A DNA stretch of 39,409 bases, from assembly GCF_001194135.2 (NCBI RefSeq), contig NC_068998.1, forward strand, positions 18,211,308 through 18,250,716, in the 5' to 3' direction. Below the pieces are notes generated by a model. It saw only the letters and a list, made by a program, of their open reading frames with translations, did not search any database and was not told the DNA's origin. Positions 24,125 to 35,677 of the stretch are shown here, piece after piece. Numbering within the stretch: the stretch's first letter is position 1; each line of letters opens with the position of its first letter. The position numbers and the translations under genes were made by a program. The DNA is from Octopus bimaculoides. Its lineage: Eukaryota.

Positions 24125-24752
24125 TTTAAACAATTAGCTTTGAGAAAATTACTGAAGAAAATATTTTGACAATTTTGAGTAAAATAAAACAACCCAAGAA
24201 AGCCACTTAAATGAAAATGATTGGAATTAACAAAATAGATCTGCAATGGCAGTTAGAGAAATGCAATTTAATTTGTTTACAAAAACTAGATCTAAATTAT
24301 TATCTTTAATACAAACAACATTTAGAATAGCCTGCTTCAAAATTTTACTTAACATACAAAACTAAAAACATAATTTTTAATTAGATGCATGTGTGTATTT
24401 CAAAATTACAATCAGAGAGCCAGGTTTCTGTGAGAGTAATGATTGCATAAGGATTTATGTGCACTCAGAGATTAAATTGGAAACTTTATATACAATACTT
24501 CTCAAATTAAAAAAAAAGAATTAATTTAATCAACCTAAACAACTCAAAATGTTGTTTACTGTTAAATTGTTAGTGAAATCTTAGGTTTCTGAATATGAAT
24601 TTCATAGCAGTAACAGTCCTTTAAAGACAACAATCTCATCATTTTAAATAACATCTTCCCCATTCTTACTATGATGCCATTGCAATTATTCATGTAACGT
24701 TTTATCATTCTAATAGCCATAGAAAATATATCATGACATACATAAGATTTAA

Positions 24753-24975
24753 CCCTTCAGCAACCAGATTACTCTTTCAAATGTAATGCTTATTTATCCA
24801 CATTGCTTTGAATGAATCATGCATTATCTTACAGCTTTGAGATTTTTGATGATGTGATTGCTTATTTTTATAGAATGATGTTGTAGGGTAGGTGGGATAG
24901 GTAGAATCTGGCTAGTTTTAACATAAAACAGGTAGAATATTTTGGCTGGTTGGGACCAGTTTAAATTCTAAAGGG
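24753..24975. mobile_element. piggyBac-type MITE, 223 bp
   Basis: TTAA|CCCTTCAG ... CTAAAGGG|TTAA (TTAA at 24749-24752 and 24976-24979). Confidence 0.8.
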
Positions 24976-25770
24976 TTAAAGAACAAATTTGCAAGATCCT
25001 AAGCATAACACATCAACAATGAAGCTTTTCATAAAAATTAAGATTGATAGTACAAATTAACATCAGAAAATCACTTATAGGGAAAGTATAATGATAGATG
25101 CTTCTGACAGGACTCTATGGAGAAGATGCCTGAGGATTCTATCTCCATAATAGCAATCAGGGAGAGAGAGGGAAGGAAGGAAGGAAGACAGACAGACAGA
25201 TGATGGATGGACAGATAGAAATCACTTACAGTACTTTGACTACATGGTGATGAATGACCATCATGAAAAGTTTTAGCAGCAGCAGAGGCCAGAATATTTA
25301 ATTCATCACAATGAATAAATATTTTAGTTGTATCAAGGTTTTCATTGATGAAAATGTGGCTCAGAGAGAAAACAAAGGAACAGAAAAAACCCCCACCGCA
25401 CAACAGATGAAGATAAGCTCAATCCCTCATCAGCTGTCAACCAAGTAACAATCACAATTTCAACACCTGACAATATTATCATGTTATTCAGTTGGACAGT
25501 GTCAGCAACATAAGCTGTTGGGGGTATAAATGAAAAGACATGGTAGATGAACAAGGACAGAAAAAATGTGACAAGTACAATAAGAAAATACAAGGTTTGT
25601 AGACCAAATGGTATATAAAAATAATTTGTGAGGAGAACAACTAAAAAAATACAAAATGAAAGAACTAAATAGACAAGGACAGTTATAAAAAAATATAAAA
25701 TGGCACAGAGATATTCATAAGAAAGAGTTTATACTTCTAGCCAAGTGACAACCATTTGATTCCTTATTTA

Positions 25771-26025
25771 TTTTTTACTTGTTTCAGTTATTGGACTAAG
25801 GCCATGCTGGAACACTGCCTTGAAGGGTTTAGCTGAACAAATTGGTGTTGGTACTTATTCTATTGGTTCCTTTTGATGAACCGTTATGTTACAGGGATGT
25901 AAACAAACCAACACTGGTTGTCAAGCAGTGGTGGAGGATAAGCACAAACACATAGACACATGCATATACACACACACGATCACATATGCATACACACACA
26001 CATATATATACATATATAAATATAT
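25771..26025 (-). mobile_element. SINE family 1, 3' half abutting an RTE fragment
   Basis: Tail and 3' module present. The head position is occupied by LINE sequence. Confidence 0.75.
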
Positions 26026-26640
26026 ATTAAGCAACCTTTCATAGTGGCGTATCCAAACCTCTCTCTTTGCAGCCTCGTTTAATGCAAGTGCGCCATCATC
26101 CATGTGGACACATTTCTCTCCTACGACGTCACAATTCTCTCTCACACACCGTCTTGCAACACGAAATACTTCAAGTCTTTGGCCCTCACGGCACAGAACA
26201 TTGGCAATTTTTTTTTTTTATCTGCTTCCCCTCTGGCTAAATAAACTTGTCTTCTAGCTTCCCTTCTGGCAGTCTGATACAATTCCCTGCTACCGCCATT
26301 CTTCCAGTCCTGTTTCTTTTGTTTAATAGCCCTGTCAACCACATTGTTCCACCACCATGTTACTTTGGGTTGAGAGAGGACTTTGCACCATCCACAGAAC
26401 TGGTCAGTGGCTCTCAGTAGGTTGTCCCATAGAAACCTCCAATTGTCTTCCACATTATGTGATGCTATATCCCCTTCTCTTTCGTCAAAGGCTTCAAGTA
26501 ACACATCTCTAAATCTCTGTCCATTTGCAGGATCTCTAAGCTTCCAGACCCTTCTCCTCCAAGCTGGTCTACTTCTGGGCATCCATTTAGCCTTGATCCC
26601 GAAGTCGCTAACTACTAATCTGTGTTGAGGGGTACATTCT
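26026..26640 (-). mobile_element. RTE-clade LINE ORF fragment (end of APE endonuclease plus linker)
   Basis: ECTPQHRLVVSDF...VWKLRDP...VTWWWNNVVDRAIKQKK...REVWIRHYERLLN. The frame shifts at the T12 run at 26208-26219, which joins the ORF-track ORFs 26142-26582 and 25921-26145. Confidence 0.85.
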
Positions 26641-27339
26641 TTATGAATATATCAGTGGCCAGAACATGCAATCAAAAAATCTTTTCATAAAAGAAGAGTG
26701 TATAATTGTGAATAAATCACAATTATAATAGAGAGAGTTGCAAAAACCCTTACATGTCTAGAAATAGCAGTCAAAACCGCTATAAAGCCACTATAACCAC
26801 TCATATATCTCTTCACAATTAAAGCTGATAAACTGAGCACCAGTCAAGTACTGCATTGATTAATTAATTGACTGTACTCTCCACCACTATTCCTTCCAGT
26901 CTGTGCATGTGTGTGCATGCACACACTTTCTGCGACCAGTGCATGAAAAGATTCATTACCTAAAATAATGTAGTAGTTAATAATTATACTAATTATACAT
27001 TCAGTGCACACATACTTTTGTCTCAGAAAAAAAAAAAAATTGTACAAAGTCAGGTTTTTGTAAACACTGACTATCAATAATCTAGGTGAATGACCTTCAC
27101 CTAGATTTGTGACATGTCCTTATGTCATATATCATTAACACTAACAAAACGACGATCAATAGGTAACATACAAAATACATCATGTAATTTAGTTATGTGT
27201 ATGTTCTATTTGAGTATTTAATACTCAGTAGATTAAATTCTTCTTTCATCTTTTCAGGGTCGACAAAAAAAAAAAAAACTAGTTACGAAGTACTGGGTTG
27301 TTTTGATAGATTATATTCATTAATGATTAAAGTATTAAC

Positions 27340-27501
27340 TGGTGTGTCTGTGTGGTAAGAAGTTTGCTTCCCAACCACATGGTTCCAGAATCAGTTCCAC
27401 TGCATGGTACCTTGGACAAGTGTCTTCTACTATAGATCAAGCTGACTAATGCCTTGTGAGTGGATTTGGTAGACAGAAACTGAAAGATTTCTATTGTATG
27501 C

Positions 27502-27544
<43 letters not shown>

Positions 27545-27652
27545 TACATACACATGTATATATCTGTGTGTGTGTGTGTGTCGTTGTGTCGGTGTTTGTT
27601 AACCACCACTACTTGACAACTGGTGTTGGTGTATTAATGTCCATGTAACTTT
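27340..27652 (+). mobile_element. SINE family 1 copy, 3'-truncated
   Basis: Head, core and microsatellite, then fused to a family 4 fragment at about 27653-27737. Confidence 0.75.
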
Positions 27653-27869
27653 TACGTGTCACCGGCATGAAGGCCAATCAGGCTGTACTGGCAATGGCCA
27701 CGCTCAAAATGGTGATTTTTACGTACCACCTGCACAGGACCAATACCTTGAAAGTGAAAGTGAATTTGATAGATGGAAATTGTGTAAAATCCTATCATAT
27801 ATGTACGTGTGTGTGTGTATACAACATGCATTTATACATCTATACATACATACACATATATACACACAC

Positions 27870-28040
27870 ACATACATATATGATAGGATTTTACACAATT
27901 TCCATCTACCAAATTCACTCACAAGGTATTGGTCAGCCCAGAGTTATAGAAGAAGACTCTTTCTCAGTGTGCCATGCAGTGAGACTGAACCAGAAGATGA
28001 CTAGTTGTGAGGTAAGATTCTTAACCACACAGCCATGCTT
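27870..28040 (-). mobile_element. SINE family 1, 5' half
   Basis: ctaccaaattcactcacaagg...accacacagccatgc. Confidence 0.7.
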
Positions 28041-28279
28041 GCATCTATGTTTCATTAGTTCTAAGAAAATGTGTTTGCATATAACTTAAACACAAGGTAT
28101 TTCTGAGCTTCATGGTTTGATGAAAGGAAGTGGATCAAGGCTATGATCTAGATGGCAAGTATGCTGCATTTCTGTTTCTGCCTTATCTCTCAGGTCACCA
28201 AAAATGTGCAGAATTCAGTAACAACATCTAGAATCTACAATCTCTCCCATACGTAGGAAACACCAAAGCGATTTTTGCA

Positions 28280-28430
28280 GTTGGCCTACTTATTTACCTT
28301 GTACCTACACGACCTCCAGACACACTCTCAAACAGAAAATTCAAACAATACATATGACCTGGTATGCAAATGACATCCTGCTCACATATTCCCAGCAGCT
28401 GCATGATTACGTCAATGATATATCAATTCG
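28280..28430 (+). mobile_element. Possible very old LINE RT remnant
   Basis: LFTLYLHDL... followed by TWYANDILL (YADD-like). Heavily decayed. Confidence 0.4.
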
Positions 28431-30230
28431 ACTTGGTTGCAAAACAACACGCTTGACACAGCACCTGCCAAACACACACACACACTCAACAAGACACACA
28501 TGCTCACAAGGCATTCGATGCAACACAGATGACACAGTAAAGAAAGCAAAGATATGCATAAATGTACTTAGAGTATTCAAAGCTACCGCATTTCAACAAC
28601 TATCAGAAATAGTATGACTTTATTACAGGCATAGGTGACTTTTTCAAGAAGCAGGTTGCATGAGGTATGGTTCATCATAAGATGTGCTGTACTCCTAAAA
28701 GATTCAAGGTAATAACAATTCAGGAAGTTCTGCATGCCACAGTTTGCCTATCACTGGTTTACAAACTATACAAGCTATACAGATCCATCTTGGATTATGA
28801 AAATTTTTCCTGAGACGCCAACTTTTTCACTAAAAACTATAAACATGAAAGAATACACATTAGATTACCATGGGTGGTACACAGACCACACAATACCACC
28901 CTGAATCCACAGCTAAAGAAAAATACTAAAAATGAATGACCGCCAAGACATGCATTAGGGAACACTGTGGCAGCGGCAAATTCCAGCTGCCACAGTTCCA
29001 GCCAATTAATATACATAATCATCCTCAAAGTACTCTGCAACTGGGAACGTCTAAGTGATCACTCACTTAATCTACTAGAAATAGCAGTCAAATCTTCTGT
29101 CAAATCACACATTCATTGATTTAGAAAAGGACACATTGGATAATGTAGTCTTGGGAAAAAAAGACAGGCTGACCAAGTGTGGAATGTTTTTGGTCATAAG
29201 TCTGTGCTACCAGTGTTCAGAGTGCAACACTACAATTAACTAATGCATGTCAGAGTTAGTAGCATAATCCTCAGCTAGACAAACTGATAGTGAATCAGGG
29301 TATCAGGACCAATCAAGAGGAGGAGGAGGTTATAGGTAGAAGAGGCAAGCCCAAGATGCTGCACAGCAGGATCAAACACAGACCCACAAGGATGTGAAGC
29401 CACTTGCTTAACCACATAGTATGGCCGGAATATCTTGTTTGTAACCATCTCTTTGCTTCGTTTTTATACAGAGTTGTTATTAAATTCCTGACTTATAATC
29501 AAAGGTGTTCCAGCTGCAATCATCCCATTTTTTTCTCTCTTTTTTATTTTTTTCTAGACAACATCATTATCTAATTTTTTCTTTGAGGGAGATATGGTTC
29601 CTATTTTTAGCAAGGCAACTGACTGCATGGAGGCTCCCTCATTGATTCTTATTGCGCAGTGTGGAATGCTTTTCTCATTAGAAATATGTTGTAGAAATAG
29701 CAGAAGGTGGAATGTTGTTGGCACAGTACCAAACTCCCGCCAGCTTTCACTTTGTTAAAAAAGAGTGAAGACTATCAGACTGTACTAACGCTAATAATGA
29801 AAATTTAAATTCCTTTGTCTTTTCTATTTTGAATTTCAAATTTATAAAACTGATCGAAAATAGAGAATCATGGAACAAAATTGAAAACTTATAAATTTTT
29901 ATTTATTTATAGAAATTTAATTTTAAAAAAAAGGAAGAAATTACATTCACACACAAAATTTCGACTCAAGGTGGAATTTCAATTTCAGCTTTTAAAAAGT
30001 ATTTTTATTCAATTTATCCCTTCACCTCACTTTATGTTTATGACAATTTCTCAGTTTTTATCAATCTGAAATTTCAAATTGAAAAGACAGAAAAAATGAC
30101 GACTGAAAATTATAGGAGCAGGAATGTCTGTGTGGTTAAGAGGTTCACTTTGCAAACACGAGTCAATTAATGTTAATGAATTTGGTAAATGGAAACTATG
30201 TGGAAGCTCATTTTATATATATATATATAT

Positions 30231-31373
30231 CTTTACTCTCTCTTTTACTTGTTTCAGTCATTTGACTGCGGCCATGCTAGAGCACCGCCTTTAGTCGAGC
30301 AAATCGACCCCAGGACTTATTCTTTGGAAGCCTAGTACTTATTCTATCGGTCTCTTTTTGCCGAACCGCTAAGTTACGGGGACATAAACACACCAGCATT
30401 GGTTGTCAAGCAATGGTGGGGGGACAAACACACATACATATATATATATATATNNNNNNNNNNNNNNNNNNNNNNNNNNNNNNNNNNNNNNNNNNNNNNN
30501 NNNNNNNNNNNNNNNNNNNNNNNNNNNNNNNNNNNNNNNNNNNNNNNNNNNNNNNNNNNNNNNNNNNNNNNNNNNNNNNNNNNNNNNNNNNNNNNNNNNN
30601 NNNNNNNNNNNNNNNNNNNNNNNNNNNNNNNNNNNNNNNNNNNNNNNNNNNNNNNNNNNNNNNNNNNNNNNNNNNNNNNNNNNNNNNNNNNNNNNNNNNN
30701 NNNNNNNNNNNNNNNNNNNNNNNNNNNNNNNNNNNNNNNNNNNNNNNNNNNNNNNNNNNNNNNNNNNNNNNNNNNNNNNNNNNNNNNNNNNNNNNNNNNN
30801 NNNNNNNNNNNNNNNNNNNNNNNNNNNNNNNNNNNNNNNNNNNNNNNNNNNNNNNNNNNNNNNNNNNNNNNNNNNNNNNNNNNNNNNNNNNNNNNNNNNN
30901 NNNNNNNNNNNNNNNNNNNNNNNNNNNNNNNNNNNNNNNNNNNNNNNNNNNNNNNNNNNNNNNNNNNNNNNNNNNNNNNNNNNNNNNNNNNNNNNNNNNN
31001 NNNNNNNNNNNNNNNNNNNNNNNNNNNNNNNNNNNNNNNNNNNNNNNNNNNNNNNNNNNNNNNNNNNNNNNNNNNNNNNNNNNNNNNNNNNNNNNNNNNN
31101 NNNNNNNNNNNNNNNNNNNNNNNNNNNNNNNNNNNNNNNNNNNNNNNNNNNNNNNNNNNNNNNNNNNNNNNNNNNNNNNNNNNNNNNNNNNNNNNNNNNN
31201 NNNNNNNNNNNNNNNNNNNNNNNNNNNNNNNNNNNNNNNNNNNNNNNNNNNNNNNNNNNNNNNNNNNNNNNNNNNNNNNNNNNNNNNNNNNNNNNNNNNN
31301 NNNNNNNNNNNNNNNNNNNNNNNNNNNNNNNNNNNNNNNNNNNNNNNNNNATTTTGGATGTTATCCCTAATAT

Positions 31374-31412
<39 letters not shown>

Positions 31413-31616
31413 TACACTGTACATACTTTTGTGAGATACTGTGTATGTATATATATATAATGATGGGATTCTTTCAGATTCCATCTACCAAATCCACTCA
31501 TAAAGCTTTGATCAGCCAGAGGCTATAGTAGAAAACACTTGCCCAAGGTGCCACATAGTGGAACTGAACCTAGTACTATGCAGTTGAGAAGCAAATTTAT
31601 CATACAACCATGCCTG
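30231..31616 (-). mobile_element. SINE family 1 tail (30231-30453) and head (31460-31616) either side of a gap
   Basis: Young 3' half on the left, more diverged 5' half on the right. May be two different copies. Confidence 0.75.
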
Positions 31617-31776
31617 AAATTGATGTTTTGTATACTTTCTATGGTGCACACAGCATGCCATGTGAAGAGGGACATCTTACGACTGTAATTAGCAAGAAGT
31701 ACTGATATTGTAAAATTAACAAGTGTTTGATTAGCTTTTAGTGAAGTTAATGTTATCCCATTTGCAGTGTATTCAT

Positions 31777-32290
31777 CATCATCATCATCATCTTTAACAT
31801 TCATTTTCTATGCTGGCATGGGTTAGACCAGGGGTTTTCAAACTGTGGTCTGCGGAACACAGGGGGTCCGTGGACAGCAAATACTTTTTATGGGCAATTT
31901 GATTTTATATATGTTTTTTAATCAAAATCTTTTAATTGACAATAAACCTATTTGTTAAATACTGTTAAATAAATAAATGTAAAAATATATGTCATTTTAA
32001 GCAAATATTTATGTATAAATTTCATAAGCGTTTATAAGCGGGTCCCTAAGGTAAAGCCTGAAATATAAAGGGGTCCGCAAGTCAAAAAGTTTGAAAACCC
32101 CTGGGTTAGACGGTTTGACCAGAGCTGGCAAAGCAGGGAGCTGCACCAGGTTCCAGTTTGATTTGGCTTAGTTTCTATGGCTGGATGTCATTGCTAATGG
32201 CAACCACTTTACAGTATGTGCAGGGTGCTTTTAATGTGGCACTGGCACAAGCGCTATTATGAAGTGCTGGCACAAGTACTTTTTATGAGA
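31777..32290 (-). mobile_element. Family 4 copy interrupted by a hAT MITE
   Basis: (CAT)n tail at 31777-31792. The body resumes after the TSD at 32104. Confidence 0.8.
31829..32103. mobile_element. hAT (Charlie/Buster-like) MITE, 275 bp
   Basis: Perfect TIR CAGGGGTTTTCAAACT / AGTTTGAAAACCCCTG. Perfect 8-bp TSD GGTTAGAC at 31821-31828 and 32104-32111. Subterminal GGGTCC repeats. Confidence 0.95.
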
Positions 32291-32591
32291 GACACCAGCA
32301 CAGGGGTCTTGCAGGCCAATCCTCTTCATCAGGGGGAACAGCCTTAACACTTCTATATTCTTTTCTGAAAAGCTGTAGTTGCTTCATTTACAATAATATC
32401 ACAACCACCAACAGACATGTGAGTTGTTTTTTAGGTAAGTTAAGTTAATGAATGAGTGGCTGGGGTGATAGACAGGTAGGTAAGTAGACTGTCTCAGTGA
32501 TTATCAGCCTAGGAGATAAGTCAAGATATGGGTTTCTAAGTGGTTACTGAATCAGCTAAAAGTAAATAGCAGCCAATCATTCTCAAAACTC

Positions 32592-32722
32592 GGGCATCCA
32601 GCTGTAGAAACTCTGCCAAATTTAGATTGGAGCCTGGTGTTGCCATCTGGTTTCACCAGTCCTCAGTCAAATCGTCCAACCCATGCTAGCATGGAAAGCG
32701 GACGTTAAACGATGATGATGAT
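32592..32722 (+). mobile_element. Family 4, 5'-truncated young copy
   Basis: Nearly identical to the reverse complement of 667-795. Ends in gatgatgatgat. Confidence 0.85.
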
Positions 32723-32886
32723 ATATATATATATATATAAATATATATGTTCATATGATGATATCTCCACAATGTGTTGATGATGAGAAAAACATGTAAT
32801 CGCTATCAATATAGCAAGAGATGTCTCCGCAAAAGTCTGAAGTAGACTCCTTAAGGATCAATCTCCTTGGTTATATATCAAATAAA

Positions 32887-32976
32887 AAATTTAAAAGAGA
32901 GTTTTGACGCTGATATCCATTATTATTTAAATTTCAATAATAATGGATATCAGCGCCAAAACTCTCTTTTAAATTT
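32887..32976. repeat. Near-perfect inverted repeat, 41-bp arms with 1 mismatch, 8-nt spacer
   Basis: Arms at 32887-32927 and 32936-32976. Confidence 0.95.
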
Positions 32977-33698
32977 AAATTTTTGATATATATATTGATC
33001 AACAAAGATTATCTAAGCAATTAGAAAACATAAAACTCCCTTTAGGAGTGTTTAAAATTTGAAGACATTGGAGATAACTCAAAGATCATCATCATCATCA
33101 TCATCATCACTACCACCACCACCGTCATCATTATTTAACATCCATTTTCTATGCTCACATGAGTTGGGTAATTCAATAAGAACTGACAAACCAAACGACT
33201 ACACCAATCTCTAATGTCTGCTTTGATGTGGTTTCTATAGCTCGATGCCCTTCTTAACACTAACCACTTTACAAGGTATACTGTAGTGCAAGGACAAGAC
33301 CCTTCAACTGAGTGAGGGCTGCGGTATTGAGGAAGCTGGGCAGTTAAAGTATGACAGAGGGACAGAAACAAGGGTCTTCCCCATCTGGAAAGAAGTAAAA
33401 GAGTTGGTGAGGGCACACCACAAGGTACAAGGTGAATATCAGGGAGAGAAGCGGGATAAAGCATCAGAAAGAGTGAATGAGAAGATAAGTTAGCGAGAGT
33501 GTGAAATGAGAGTGACAGATGGTCAGAGATGGGGACAGAGACAGTTGCAGTGAATTGATCACATGGGTGAGGACATGGTCAATGGTGAATATGTTTTATG
33601 GGGAAGAGGGGTGAGGGGTGATAGCTGACAGTAATAGTTGTCTTTATTCTTCTGAGGACAATAAAGACAATGTAGATTGGAACGGGTCACCTCTTTAA

Positions 33699-34181
33699 CC
33701 CTTTAGCATTCAGATTACTTTGTCTCAAGTGCTTTTTAACTCACATTGTTTTGAATTAATCATGCATTATCTCATGTCTTCAAGAAGTTGATGATATCAT
33801 GATTATCATCATCATCATCATCATCATCATTTAACGTCTGCTTTCCTAGCTGGTATGGGTTGAACAGCTTGACAGGAGCTGACCGGCAGGGTAGCTGTCC
33901 AGACTCCAATCATCTGTTTTTGGCATGGTTTCTACGGTTGGATGCCCTTCCTAATGCCAACCACTTTAGGGAGTGTGCTGGGTGCTTTTTCACTTACGCA
34001 GTACCAGCACGAGTGCATTTTGCATGGCACCAGCAACTGTAAAGAACGGGCCTGTATGAAAGCAATTTTTTTGTTTATTTTTAGAATGACATTGTAGGAT
34101 AAGTGCAAAAGGATGAATCTGGCTGGTTTGAACACAAAACAGATATTTGGACCTGATATGACTGGTTTAAATATTGAAGGA
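33699..34181. mobile_element. Second copy of the piggyBac-type MITE, with a family 4 insertion at about 33806-34070
   Basis: TTAA|CCCTTTAGCA ... TGAAGGA|TTAA. The body aligns to 24753-24975 once the insert is removed. Confidence 0.8.
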
Positions 34182-34221
34182 TTAAAGCCAGCTGTTGAAA
34201 ACAACAGACATGTTTCATATT

Positions 34222-34451
34222 TGTTTTATTGCCCACAAGGGGCTAAACATAGAGGGGACAAACAAGGACAGACACATGGATTAAGTTGACTATATTGACC
34301 CCAGTGCGTAACTGGTACTTAATTTATCGACCCCGAAAGGATGAAAGGCAAAGTCGACCTCGGCGGAATTTGAACTCAGAACGTAACGGCAGACGAAATA
34401 CCACTTAGCATTTCGTCCGGTGCGCTAACGTTTCTGCCTGCTCACCGCCTT
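34222..34451 (-). mobile_element. tRNA-head SINE family 3, young copy
   Basis: ggcggtgagcaggcagaaacgttagc...ctgagttcaaattccgccgaggtcgactttgcctttcatcctttcggggtcgataaattaagtacc. The central block resembles the conserved Deu/Nin-type SINE domain (from memory, unchecked). Confidence 0.85.
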
Positions 34452-34620
34452 GATATGTTTCAGTCAAACTCTCTGAAAGAAAAATGGCCCATGGGATATT
34501 GTGATCCTCAATACCCTATTCTTGAGGAGGTAAAAAAGATAGGAGGGGCATGACTCAGATGCCTTTGGTCAAAGGTTTGCTCAGTTGGAAGCTAACTTGG
34601 GTTTAATCAACAGCTTAATT

Positions 34621-34872
34621 AAGGCATGTGGTTTAGTGGTTAGGGTGTTGCACTCACAACTGCAAGATTCTGGTTTCAAATCTCAGCTCAGTCAACATGT
34701 GTTCTTGAGTAAAACACATCATTTCATATTGTTCCAGTCCACTCAGTTGTAAATGAGTAACCCTGCAACAGACTGGTGACCCATTCAGGGGGCAATGGGT
34801 CACCAGTGATCTTGGTCACTTACATGCTAAGGAAACCAAGTAACTGGCCCTATGAGTCATAGGACTTGAGAC
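34621..34872 (+). mobile_element. CORE-type SINE
   Basis: Head and core shared with 18597-18844, with a similar tail. Confidence 0.7.
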
Positions 34873-35093
34873 CATAATGTCCAGAGATTGATGATGATGT
34901 TGATAACAACAATGATGACAATGTCAATGATGACAATGTCAATGATGACGATGATGATGATGATTGGAAGGAGGAAGTTTTCCCTTTGAAATCTCAAGAG
35001 ATTAAATCTTGACTGAATGCTGCATTTATAAAAAGATATAAAATTGTAATCAGAAAATTTTAATCCAATAATTAGAATAGATAAAAAAAAATA

Positions 35094-35677
35094 GTGGATA
35101 ACTGGCAGAATCATTAGCACACTGGGCTAAATGCTTAGTGGCATTCAATTCGTCTTTACATTCTGAGTTCAAATTCCATCAAGGTCACCTTTGCCTTTCA
35201 TCCTTTCAGGGTCAATAATGGCTTTGGCTGGCACTCCGTTGCTTATGACGTCGAGGGTTCCAGTTGATCCGATCAACGGAACAGCCTGCTCATGAAATTA
35301 ACGTGCAAGTGGCTGAGCACTCCACAGACACGTGTACTCTTAACGTAGCTCTCGGGGATATTCAGCGTAACACAGAGTGTGACAAGGCTGGCCCTTTGAA
35401 ATACAGGTACAACAGAAACAGGAAGTAAGAGTGAGAGAACGTTGTGGTGGAAGAGTACATCAGGGTTCGCCACCATCCCCTGCCGGAGCCTCGTGAAGCT
35501 TTAGGTGTTTTCACTCAATAAACACTCACAATGCCTGGTCTGGCAATCGAAAGCGCGATCCTATGACCGCGAGTCCACAGCCAGGGTCAATAATAATAAG
35601 TACCAGTTGAGCACTGGATTCAATGTAATAGACTTACCCACTTCCCTGAAATTATTGGCCTTATGCCAAAATTTGAA
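35094..35677 (+). mobile_element. SINE family 3 copy split by a family 2 insertion
   Basis: The two halves (35094-35219 and 35582-35677) join into one contiguous family 3 element. Confidence 0.85.
35220..35581 (-). mobile_element. SINE family 2, 5'-truncated, nested in a family 3 SINE
   Basis: TSD CAGGGTCAATAAT at 35207-35219 and 35582-35594. Lacks the A-box part of the head. Confidence 0.92.

Noticed and set aside
25230-25560. Two abutting open frames with a gtaagt donor on the minus strand
   Set aside because: Frames are discontinuous, no recognisable homology, and the region is next to LINE debris.
27079-27107. 12-bp perfect inverted repeat with a 5-nt loop
   Set aside because: Isolated and short; no element or gene context, and terminators do not apply here.
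32372-32440. Plus-strand splice-like signals here and at 36267-36330
   Set aside because: Short peptides with no recognisable homology and no consistent exon chain; expected by chance in AT-rich DNA.
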